Source of the DNA: Candidatus Aenigmatarchaeota archaeon
GTDB lineage: Archaea > Aenigmatarchaeota > Aenigmatarchaeia > QMZP01 > QMZT01
NCBI GenBank assembly: GCA_011772645.1
Contig: WVZE01000036.1
Span: 48,726 to 112,725 of the forward strand
Length of the DNA stretch: 64,000 bases
Direction of reading: 5' to 3'
Part shown: piece after piece, positions 1 to 7,761 of the stretch
Numbering within the stretch: position 1 is the stretch's first letter
How the letters are laid out: the number at the start of each line of letters is the position of its first letter
The notes under the pieces: model-generated
Told to the model about the DNA's origin: nothing
Seen by the model: the letters and a program-made list of their open reading frames with translations, nothing else
Database searches by the model: none
Translations under genes and position numbers: made by a program

Positions 1-1
1 A

Positions 2-118
2 AGCAAAGTTGTGTCCCTCGTGACAGGGCATGGATTGAAAACCCCCAAGACTGACATCCCGGGAAGGGAGATAAGGATTTCGAAAGATCCCGGGGTTCTG
101 AAGGGGATTTTCGGGTAA
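2..118 (+). CDS. thrC: 3' end of threonine synthase-like PLP fold-II enzyme (partial)
   Basis: Manual translation SKVVSLVTGHGLKTPK...GIFG*; the VxxxTGHGLK motif is typical of the ThrC C-terminus. Confidence 0.65.
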   Translation, partial: SKVVSLVTGHGLKTPKTDIPGREIRISKDPGVLKGIFG

Positions 119-120
119 CG

Positions 121-255
121 TTTATAAACATTCCCCTTTATTATAATCATAAGAACAGGTCAGTGAGAGCTAACTTGTATCTCCAGAGGGCTTGTTCTAA
201 AATTTCGAAAGAAGCACACTTCGTATGCTTCAATGAAGAACGGTAAGGTGAAAAT
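121..255 (+). promoter_or_regulatory. TATA box and structured 5' leader of rps15
   Basis: TTTATAAA at 121-128; stem 152-161/189-198; hairpin GAAGCA..TGCTTC at 211-231; SD AGGTGA at 246-251. Confidence 0.55.
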
Positions 256-708
256 ATCGCACGAATGCATTCAAGGAAGAAAGGGAAATCGAGTTCGAAA
301 AAACCGATAAAGAAGGAAGCTAAATGGGTAGAGTACAAACCGAAAGAAGTCGAGGATCTCGTGATAAAATACGCGAAGCAGGGTTTCCAGAGCGCGAATA
401 TAGGTATCGTTCTTCGAGATCAGTACGGAATCCCGTCCGTGAAGCTCGTTACGAAAAAGACGGTGAGCCAGATCCTTAAGGACAACGATCTCTATTCGAA
501 ACTCCCGGAAGACCTCTTCAACCTCCTGAAACGGGCGGTCGAACTCCGCGTTCACATGGAGAAGAACAAGAAGGACTATCAATCCTACAGGGGTCTGGAG
601 TTAACCGAGTCCAAGATCCGGAGGCTCGCGAAGTATTACATCAGAAAGGGCTCGCTCCCGAAGGGCTGGAAGTACGATCCTGAGCAGGCTAAGCTGCTTA
701 TCAGGTAG
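256..708 (+). CDS. rps15: 30S ribosomal protein S15 (uS15); probable ATC start at 256, first ATG at 265
   Basis: (I)ARMHSRKKGKSSS..., IGIVLRDQYGIP, LPEDLFNLLKRAV, ESKIRRLAKYY. Confidence 0.97.
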   Translation: MARMHSRKKGKSSSKKPIKKEAKWVEYKPKEVEDLVIKYAKQGFQSANIGIVLRDQYGIPSVKLVTKKTVSQILKDNDLYSKLPEDLFNLLKRAVELRVHMEKNKKDYQSYRGLELTESKIRRLAKYYIRKGSLPKGWKYDPEQAKLLIR

Positions 709-1908
709 TTATTTATTGTAATTTTCTTTTACATATTCCTCGAGCTTGTTGAATGATTCCTCCAGGGTTTCGAGGGGTGGGAGGAAGACTATTCGGAGGT
801 GATCGGGCTTGGGGTAGCCGAACCCCGTCCCGAAAACCGTTAGGATCTGTTTCTTTCTCAAAAGATCGAGGACGAATTCCCTGTCGTCCTTCACTCCAAG
901 ATCGAACTTGGGGAAGGCGTAAAAGGCTCCTTTCGGTTTCACGCAGGAGAAGCCTTCGATCTCGTTAAGCCTCTTGTACAGGAGATCTCTTCTTTTTTGG
1001 AGTTTTGAAACCATCTCCGGTATGTGATCCTGCGGACCTTCCAAAGCGGGCTTTATCGCGTACTGGAAGGGACCGGGAGCGGAGAGTCTCGCTCTAGCCA
1101 TCTTGAAAACCGCTTCCTTGAATCCGCTTATTTCGTCTTTAATTCCTGTGAACACCGACCACCCGACACGCCATCCGGGACAGATATAGTTCTTTGAAAG
1201 TCCGTTAAAGGTTACGACCGGCATGTCATCCGTCAGGGACGCGAGTGGCGTGTGTCTCTCCCCGTCGAACAGGATCTTGTTGTAGATTTCATCTGTGAAA
1301 ATCACGAGGGAATGCTCGTTCGCGAGGTCTATTATTTCCTCCAGCGTATTCCTGTCGTACATCGAGCCTGTCGGGTTGTTGGGGTTTATCAGAACTATTC
1401 CCCTTGTCTTGTCGTTTATTTTCTTTTTAATATCGTCCAGGTCTGGCTGCCAGCCGTTTTCTTCATTGGTCATGTACTGGTTTGGAACAGCGTTTATCTT
1501 GTGAACCACGGCGAGATAAATAGGATAGGTGGGAATGGGTGTGAGGATATTCTCTCCTGGGTTTACCAGGGCGTTGAGAACGAGTTCTATCCCCTCGCTC
1601 ACCCCTGTCGTGACAAGAACATCGTCTGTTGTGACGCCCTTTATGCCGAGTCTTTCCTGTTCCTTGGCTATCGATTCTCTCGCCTCGGTGACGCCCATGG
1701 AATTTGCGTAGTTGCTCTTGTTCTCGAGCATCGCTTTGTTCACTGCGCGTATCATATGTTCCGGGGTCTGGAAATCGAAGACATTTGGATCGCCTATGTT
1801 CAGGTGGAGAATTTTTTTGCCCTGTTTTTCCAGCTTCGTGGACTCGACCACCACGTCGCGTATCGCATACGTGATCTTCTCCGTTCTTTTCGCAGGAGTT
1901 ATTTTCAT
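709..1908 (-). CDS. PLP-dependent aminotransferase class I/II (AlaA-like)
   Basis: LNIGDP, INPNNPTG, DEIY, GLSKNYICPGWRVGW motifs. Confidence 0.92.
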   Translation of the reverse strand: MKITPAKRTEKITYAIRDVVVESTKLEKQGKKILHLNIGDPNVFDFQTPEHMIRAVNKAMLENKSNYANSMGVTEARESIAKEQERLGIKGVTTDDVLVTTGVSEGIELVLNALVNPGENILTPIPTYPIYLAVVHKINAVPNQYMTNEENGWQPDLDDIKKKINDKTRGIVLINPNNPTGSMYDRNTLEEIIDLANEHSLVIFTDEIYNKILFDGERHTPLASLTDDMPVVTFNGLSKNYICPGWRVGWSVFTGIKDEISGFKEAVFKMARARLSAPGPFQYAIKPALEGPQDHIPEMVSKLQKRRDLLYKRLNEIEGFSCVKPKGAFYAFPKFDLGVKDDREFVLDLLRKKQILTVFGTGFGYPKPDHLRIVFLPPLETLEESFNKLEEYVKENYNK

Positions 1909-1945
1909 GCAGATCAATAACCTTATTTGAAAAGGTAACTTAAAT

Positions 1946-2584
1946 CTATTCCCACACGAACTGGAATCCTTTCGGGATTCTTTTTCTTTCCTCCTTCAGC
2001 CTCCAGTAGGACATTATGAGCAATCCCGTTATTATCCCTCCCACGTGTCCGAAGTTCGCTATTCCCGGCTGGAGACTGAGAACCCCAAGGAAGGTTTCCT
2101 CTATCAGAAGGAAGATTATGAGGACAGCGGCAGGTAACGGGATCAATCCGAAAATGTATACCCACTGCCTCGGATACTTGAAGGCGTACGCAGCGAGAAC
2201 GCCGAACACGGCTCCTGAAGCCCCGAGAAGTCCTATGCCCATTTCCCCCATCATCAGCATCATCATTAATATGTAGAAGATCGCGGATCCTATTCCTGAG
2301 ATCATGTAAACTATTAGGAACCTGTTTCTTCCGAGTGTTTGTTCCAAGGGGAAGCCGAATATCGCGAGAACGAACATGTTCAAAACGATGTGCATGATTC
2401 CTCCGTGAAGGAACATGTAACTCACGAACTGGTAATAGTGACCGGAAAGGGCGAGGGAGGGGGTGAGGGAAAGTATATCCGTGAACAGAGGGAAGAATAT
2501 CTGGACTACAAAGAAGGCGAGGTTTACCAGGATAATGTAGAATGTCAGGGACTCCTTAAAGTTATAACCCCTCCGAATAATCAT
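1946..2584 (-). CDS. Rhomboid-family intramembrane serine protease
   Basis: FLHGG-HI-LNM, GASG (catalytic Ser), HVGG (catalytic His), multiple TM helices. Confidence 0.93.
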   Translation of the reverse strand: MIIRRGYNFKESLTFYIILVNLAFFVVQIFFPLFTDILSLTPSLALSGHYYQFVSYMFLHGGIMHIVLNMFVLAIFGFPLEQTLGRNRFLIVYMISGIGSAIFYILMMMLMMGEMGIGLLGASGAVFGVLAAYAFKYPRQWVYIFGLIPLPAAVLIIFLLIEETFLGVLSLQPGIANFGHVGGIITGLLIMSYWRLKEERKRIPKGFQFVWE

Positions 2585-2663
2585 GTTAGCACCATTCTGA
2601 TTTTATCTTTAAATTCCCCGAACTGGTTTATAAATGTGATTCCCGGGAATTCAATATCCCGGT

Positions 2664-3620
2664 TCAGATAATGGCCTGGTCCATGTCGAGTATGTCCGGG
2701 GAGTGGGTTATGGAACCGATCGAGATTATGTCAACTCCTGTTTTTGCGTATTCTCCTATGTTATCGTCATTGATCCTTCCGGAGGCCTCCAGGAGGACGT
2801 AGCGGTAAAGATCCTTTGCTTTGAGCTCCCTGACTGTTTCCTTTATTCCCCTGGGAGCCATGTTGTCAAGCATGATTACGCAGGGGAATGTCCCCGGCTT
2901 TGACTGTAGTCTTCTGAATTCCCTGGCAGCTCTGAGGGCCTCCCCCCTGCTCTCCACCTCTATCTCTATGAAGAGGGATTTTCCCTTGTCCTTCCAAGCC
3001 CTCTTGAGGGCCTCTTCGATGTAGTCCTTCCTGTGTCCGGATTCCTTCAGCCTTTCGAGATGGTTGTCCTTTATCATTATGGATTCGGACAGCCCCAGGC
3101 GGTGGGCCAGCCCGCCGCCAAGGCAGACGGCCTTCTTGTCCAGCAACTGCCAGTGTGTCTTCCGTGTGGCAGCAATGAAAACTTTTTCTTTCCTCGTTTT
3201 CTCGACGAGCCTCCTGGTCGCCGTTGCGATGCCGCTCATCCTCTGCAGAATCTTCAGGCCTGTCCTCTCGGTCTCCATGAGCAGTTTTCCAGGACCGGAA
3301 AGTTCGATTATGGCTTCTCCCTTCTTCACGGATTCCCCGTCCTTTTTGCGCGGCCTGGCCCTTATGCCGTGCTTCCCGTAGAACCACATGGCCTCCTCGA
3401 TTCCTGCGATAAGGCCTTCACCCCCTGATCTGATAACCGACCTGAAAGGCCTTGTCTTTCTCCCGAAAAGTGATTGCGTGGTGACGTCCCCCCTGCTTCC
3501 GAGGTCCTGCCTGAGCACATCCGATGTGAATATCCTGACCCATTTCGCGTATTCCCTGTTCTTCAGGTTGAGTTTCTCCACCCTCCAGAATCCCTTCTTT
3601 ACGAGATCTGTCCTATTCAT
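2664..3620 (-). CDS. nadC: Nicotinate-nucleotide diphosphorylase (quinolinate phosphoribosyltransferase)
   Basis: GDVTT, MSGIAT, TRKT, HRLGLS, IKDNH, EIEVE, MLDN, EASG motifs. Confidence 0.95.
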   Translation of the reverse strand: MNRTDLVKKGFWRVEKLNLKNREYAKWVRIFTSDVLRQDLGSRGDVTTQSLFGRKTRPFRSVIRSGGEGLIAGIEEAMWFYGKHGIRARPRKKDGESVKKGEAIIELSGPGKLLMETERTGLKILQRMSGIATATRRLVEKTRKEKVFIAATRKTHWQLLDKKAVCLGGGLAHRLGLSESIMIKDNHLERLKESGHRKDYIEEALKRAWKDKGKSLFIEIEVESRGEALRAAREFRRLQSKPGTFPCVIMLDNMAPRGIKETVRELKAKDLYRYVLLEASGRINDDNIGEYAKTGVDIISIGSITHSPDILDMDQAII

Positions 3621-4523
3621 TCACACAACCTCCAGCATCCTGTCCAGGGCCTTCTTTGCCCTTGTCCTGATGTCTTCAGGGACCGTGACTCTGTGCTGTT
3701 CCTTTTCTAGGGACTCGAGGACGGAATTGAGCGTGGTCTTCTTCATCTGCAAGCAGATGTTCGCGGGTGGCGCGCTCAGAAACGTCCTGCCCGGGAACTC
3801 CATCTTCAGCCTCTCTATCATGCCTATCTCTGTTCCTATTATGAATTTCCTCGAGGTGCTTTTTTTTAAGTGCTCCAGCATGCCGCCCGTGCTGAAAATA
3901 TTGTCCGCCAGGTCTATGACCTCTGGCCTGCATTCGGGATGAACGACAACCTCTGCGTCAGGATGGATTCCCTTGGATCGCCTGAGCATTCCGGCCGAGA
4001 ATTTATCGTGAACGTAACACCACCCCTTACAGGGGATAATGTTTTTCTTGGTGTGCCTCGAGACGTAGTTAGCGAGGTTATGATCAGGCACGAAGATGAC
4101 GTCCTTCTCGTCCAGGGAATTGACCACCTTGACGGCGTTCGAACTCGTGCAGCATATGTCTGACTCTGCCTTCACCCCTGCGCTAGTGTTAACGTAACTG
4201 ACCACGGCGGCCTCGGGGTGCTTGCCCTTCAATTTCCTCATATCCTCAACGCTAACCATGGCAGCCATGGGGCAGCGGGCCTCTATCTCAGGAAGCAGGG
4301 TGGTCTTGCCGGGGCTCAGTATGTGGGCGCACTCTGCCATGAAGTCAACGCCGCAGAAAACTATCATCTCAGCTCCTGTTTCCGAGGCCTTCTTGCTGAG
4401 GCCGAAAGAATCTCCTATGTGATCAGCTATCCTGTATATCTCGGGCCTCTGGTAGTTGTGGACTAGGATTACGGCCCCTCTCTCTTCCTTGAGAGTTCTT
4501 ATCCTGCCTATCAAATCTTTCAT
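3621..4523 (-). CDS. nadA: Quinolinate synthase
   Basis: HNYQ, FCGVDFMAE, CPMA, YVNTSA, CCTSSNA, VHPEC, GTE motifs. Confidence 0.97.
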   Translation of the reverse strand: MKDLIGRIRTLKEERGAVILVHNYQRPEIYRIADHIGDSFGLSKKASETGAEMIVFCGVDFMAECAHILSPGKTTLLPEIEARCPMAAMVSVEDMRKLKGKHPEAAVVSYVNTSAGVKAESDICCTSSNAVKVVNSLDEKDVIFVPDHNLANYVSRHTKKNIIPCKGWCYVHDKFSAGMLRRSKGIHPDAEVVVHPECRPEVIDLADNIFSTGGMLEHLKKSTSRKFIIGTEIGMIERLKMEFPGRTFLSAPPANICLQMKKTTLNSVLESLEKEQHRVTVPEDIRTRAKKALDRMLEVV

Positions 4524-4555
4524 GCAACCATCACATAAAGAATTACACTTTTTTA

Positions 4556-5212
4556 TTAAAAAGGATTATGTTGTCCCTTATAGTAATCGCAGATTCTCGT
4601 TAGCGAACATTCCGGACACTTCGGTCGAATTGGGTTGCATATCTCCTGACCGAATTTCACGAGACCGATATTAACGACAAACCGATCTCTTCCGGGAATT
4701 AGGGATTCCAGGGTCTTTCGGACGTCCTCCACGTTCTTTTCGCTGGAAACGAACCCTATCCTTTTCGATATCCTGTTCACGTGCGTGTCGACCGCGATGG
4801 TGGGGATTCCGAAACCGTAGGAAAGCGTTATATCAGCGGTTTTGAATCCCACGCCGGGGAGTTCCATTAGTTCCTCCCTGTTATCAGGGATTTTCCCTTT
4901 GTATTTCTTCAGGATTATTCTTGAGATCTCTCTTATCCTCTTCGCCTTCTGCCTGTAGGGGCCTGAAACCCTTATTAGTTTTCTTAATTCCCTCTCCGGA
5001 AGTTTCGCTATCTTCTCGGGCGTGTCCGCTACCGAGAACAAACGCTCGCTCGCCCTCGCTGTGTTCTGATCCTTCGTCCTCTGGGAGAGGACGCAGGAAA
5101 TAAGGGTCTGGAATACGCTTCTCTTCCTGTGTTTTTCCACCCTTGCTGAATACCTTTCCTTCAGGAATTTTACGAGCGTTTCCGCTTTCTCTTTCCTGTT
5201 AATTGAAATCAC
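4556..5212 (-). CDS. nth: Endonuclease III (HhH-GPD glycosylase with Fe-S cluster)
   Basis: LSQRTKD, LPGVGFKTA, VDTHV, C-x6-C-x2-C-x5-C. Confidence 0.95.
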   Translation of the reverse strand: MISINRKEKAETLVKFLKERYSARVEKHRKRSVFQTLISCVLSQRTKDQNTARASERLFSVADTPEKIAKLPERELRKLIRVSGPYRQKAKRIREISRIILKKYKGKIPDNREELMELPGVGFKTADITLSYGFGIPTIAVDTHVNRISKRIGFVSSEKNVEDVRKTLESLIPGRDRFVVNIGLVKFGQEICNPIRPKCPECSLTRICDYYKGQHNPF

Positions 5213-6404
5213 CCAGTCTTCTCTGGCGGAGGATCCTGCTCTTCCTGATGAATTCCGTTATGTTCAACCTCAGCTTGGAATCTATATGTTTCAGAGCGTC
5301 TCTCAGGGTTTCAAACCTCGAGGGCTTTGAGAGGAACGCGTTCCTGGCTGTCTCCCGGACCACCCATACCCCTAACGGGATCGTATACCCCTCGTGAATC
5401 TCCCGGAATCCCACCACGCGCGCCTGTTTCCCTATGCGATTGAGATATTCGATCACGGCGAGCCTGCTCGCGTAGTATCCGCCTGCCTGGAGGTTCGCGT
5501 ACTTCGTTCGTCCGTGGAAGGGCTCGTATTCCTCCAGGATTTCGGTCTTTTTCAGATTGAAGGACCAGGTTGATCCCGGGGACCACGCCTCGAAATTCTC
5601 GAACTCCCAGTTCCCCGGCATTAAAAGAAAGGAGAAGTGATTGTCAAGATACTCGCTCGAGAAAACGAAATAATCGTTTATCTGTTTCTGCTCCTTCACC
5701 TTTTTGACAAGCCTTTTGAATATGATATCATCCGTTGCGGTGATCGACCATCTTGTGGGGACGAGCTTCCTGCTTTTCTCAAGGCCGAGAATTCCCGAGG
5801 AGAGGATGTTCGAAACCTTGTAAACGTCTTTTGCTTGCTTGTACAGCAAGAAGCCTGCCTCCTCTGCCTTCAGCTCGTCATTAACGACCCTTTCGGTCTT
5901 CCTCGGTATAACCGGATTCTCCGTTATCCTCATTTTCTTCAGGGAAGCGGAAGGCCCCATCGGCTGAACGATGTCGGAGTATTCGAAAGAGATCGTGGGT
6001 TTCTTCTTGAATTCGAGCTCCACATCAGTCGGTTTCTTCGCGAGAGCGAGTTCCTGCGTGTTCTCCACGAACCGGGACCTTGAAAATACGTTCTCCCTCT
6101 GTTTCGAGCGCAGAACGAAGGAACGCATCTCTATGATGTTCGAATATGGTTTCCCGAACCAACTCCGGGGGGAATCGATGGTCTCGAGGTGGTCGGAATC
6201 CAGGGAGGCGAGAGGTCCGACATAAACGTTCGGGTAGAAGTTATGCCCGATAAAAACAGAGGTGGAAGGCCCGAAGAATTCGTTTCCTATCCTCTCCTTT
6301 ATCTTTGGAATTACCCTCTTTCTCGATAGTAACGGACAAACCCTCCATCCACACAACCTACGAGAGCCCTTACATAACAGACACAAGCGGGCAGGAGAAA
6401 CCAT
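5199..6404 (-). CDS. nreA: Nre-family archaeal DNA repair protein
   Basis: N-terminal CxxCKG-x-LCG-x-CP, KLVPTRWSITATD, GGYYA, PLGVWVVRE, C-terminal PIP box QRRLGDF. Confidence 0.92.
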   Translation of the reverse strand: MVSPARLCLLCKGSRRLCGWRVCPLLSRKRVIPKIKERIGNEFFGPSTSVFIGHNFYPNVYVGPLASLDSDHLETIDSPRSWFGKPYSNIIEMRSFVLRSKQRENVFSRSRFVENTQELALAKKPTDVELEFKKKPTISFEYSDIVQPMGPSASLKKMRITENPVIPRKTERVVNDELKAEEAGFLLYKQAKDVYKVSNILSSGILGLEKSRKLVPTRWSITATDDIIFKRLVKKVKEQKQINDYFVFSSEYLDNHFSFLLMPGNWEFENFEAWSPGSTWSFNLKKTEILEEYEPFHGRTKYANLQAGGYYASRLAVIEYLNRIGKQARVVGFREIHEGYTIPLGVWVVRETARNAFLSKPSRFETLRDALKHIDSKLRLNITEFIRKSRILRQRRLGDFN

Positions 6405-6554
6405 GCAAATCGCCTCGCTAAAGGATTGATTTTTATAGTTATATATTCAAACTTTCCGTATAAAATTCAAAAAGTATTTAAACTACCGTTAATAAATAAA
6501 TTAGGAAAAAAGAGGCGGTTTCTAACAGCGGTGGTTATAGACAAGAAGAGAGTG

Positions 6555-7355
6555 TCAATCTAAATTACAATTTGGGACAATAAATATCAAATTTTGTAAA
6601 AGTCTATCATTCGGGAATTTCCCGTGGTATTCATCCCAAGCGGAGAAACTTTCTACATCCCAACCGTTATCAACAAATACAGTTCCAGATAATTTGTCAT
6701 CCGGAAGGAAATGTTCAGTTCTAATTTCAATGCATTTGTCCCCTTTCTTTTTAATATCACCAGAAATTGAATTTACAAAACCATCGAAACAGACCGTTAA
6801 TTTAAAATTTTCCAATTTATTATTACCAGAATTTATAGCCTCGATGGTTTTTTCGTAACATTCTGGACAACCCTTTGCTGTTTTATCGATACCACTACAA
6901 AATTGATACGTTCTGCCACCAGTTGTATACAATTTATAAAAGAAAAGGAAAAAACAATTATACTGCTCTATACTACCATTCCTATAAACAAAATTCCATT
7001 CATCTACTAAACCTACGTCTGCAATGGTACTGCCATCAATCTCCAAACTTATATCTGGTTCCCTTCCTATATCCTTATTCAAAACTATTATCATTTCATC
7101 ACCTGAATGAAAATTATAATGAAAACCATATAGTCCTGAAGGTAATTTACTAATGTTAACGAGCTCTTCCTCACCAGGCATTCTAAAGATATGGTTTAAT
7201 GTAACAGTAACATCAGAGTATTTTCCAAATAAATAGATGTTGACAAAATCCGTTATCGTATCCCCTGTAATAGCATTTATGAAGATGCCTGAAAGGTTTC
7301 CAACTAAGAAAATTAAAATGACAATAAAAACCTTTCTCTTGTTAGGAAGTCTCAT
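6555..7355 (-). CDS. Hypothetical membrane-anchored/secreted protein (AT-rich)
   Basis: 266-aa ORF with an N-terminal hydrophobic helix; no recognisable motif. Confidence 0.7.
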   Translation of the reverse strand: MRLPNKRKVFIVILIFLVGNLSGIFINAITGDTITDFVNIYLFGKYSDVTVTLNHIFRMPGEEELVNISKLPSGLYGFHYNFHSGDEMIIVLNKDIGREPDISLEIDGSTIADVGLVDEWNFVYRNGSIEQYNCFFLFFYKLYTTGGRTYQFCSGIDKTAKGCPECYEKTIEAINSGNNKLENFKLTVCFDGFVNSISGDIKKKGDKCIEIRTEHFLPDDKLSGTVFVDNGWDVESFSAWDEYHGKFPNDRLLQNLIFIVPNCNLD

Positions 7356-7363
7356 TCAAACCA

Positions 7364-7672
7364 TCACCAGAATTTAAACCAACTTCTCCCCTTCCAGTAG
7401 AATTTTCTTCCCTTAACTAATGCCCATTTTTCATTTTGTGTTAGCTGCTTAATTTCTTTCTCCAATCTCCGGGCTTCCGACCTAGTCCGACACTTTTGCT
7501 TCCAAGCAAGTCTTACGTAGTCAAATCTTCCGGTATACCTTTCTGTATCTCTGTATATGACATTCTCAATGTGTTCAGAAAGTCTTGCAGAAATATCATT
7601 CGTCTGTCCGGTGTAAAAGTTTGTGAATCTTCTCCTCTTATAACACTTGAGAAGATATACCCAGTAAGGCAT
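7364..7672 (-). CDS. Small GIY-YIG nuclease (YhbQ/UPF0213-like)
   Basis: YWVYLLKC...FYTGQT..ARLSEH...YT...ARRLEKEIK. Confidence 0.88.
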   Translation of the reverse strand: MPYWVYLLKCYKRRRFTNFYTGQTNDISARLSEHIENVIYRDTERYTGRFDYVRLAWKQKCRTRSEARRLEKEIKQLTQNEKWALVKGRKFYWKGRSWFKFW

Positions 7673-7761
7673 TCAATCCTCTCCAATTAAAAATTCGAGA
7701 AAGGTTTTAAAAGGGTATGTTTAAACCAAAGCTCTTAAATCAATAAAGCTAAAAATTAAAT

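Noticed and set aside
6510-6545. TTCTAAC...GTTATAG as an attC-like site at the edge of the AT-rich island
   Set aside because: Far too short, no internal L boxes and no second copy.
7364-7672. GIY-YIG gene as a homing element
   Set aside because: Only the roughly 100-aa catalytic domain is present, with no DNA-binding extension, and I found no duplicated target or flanking repeats.
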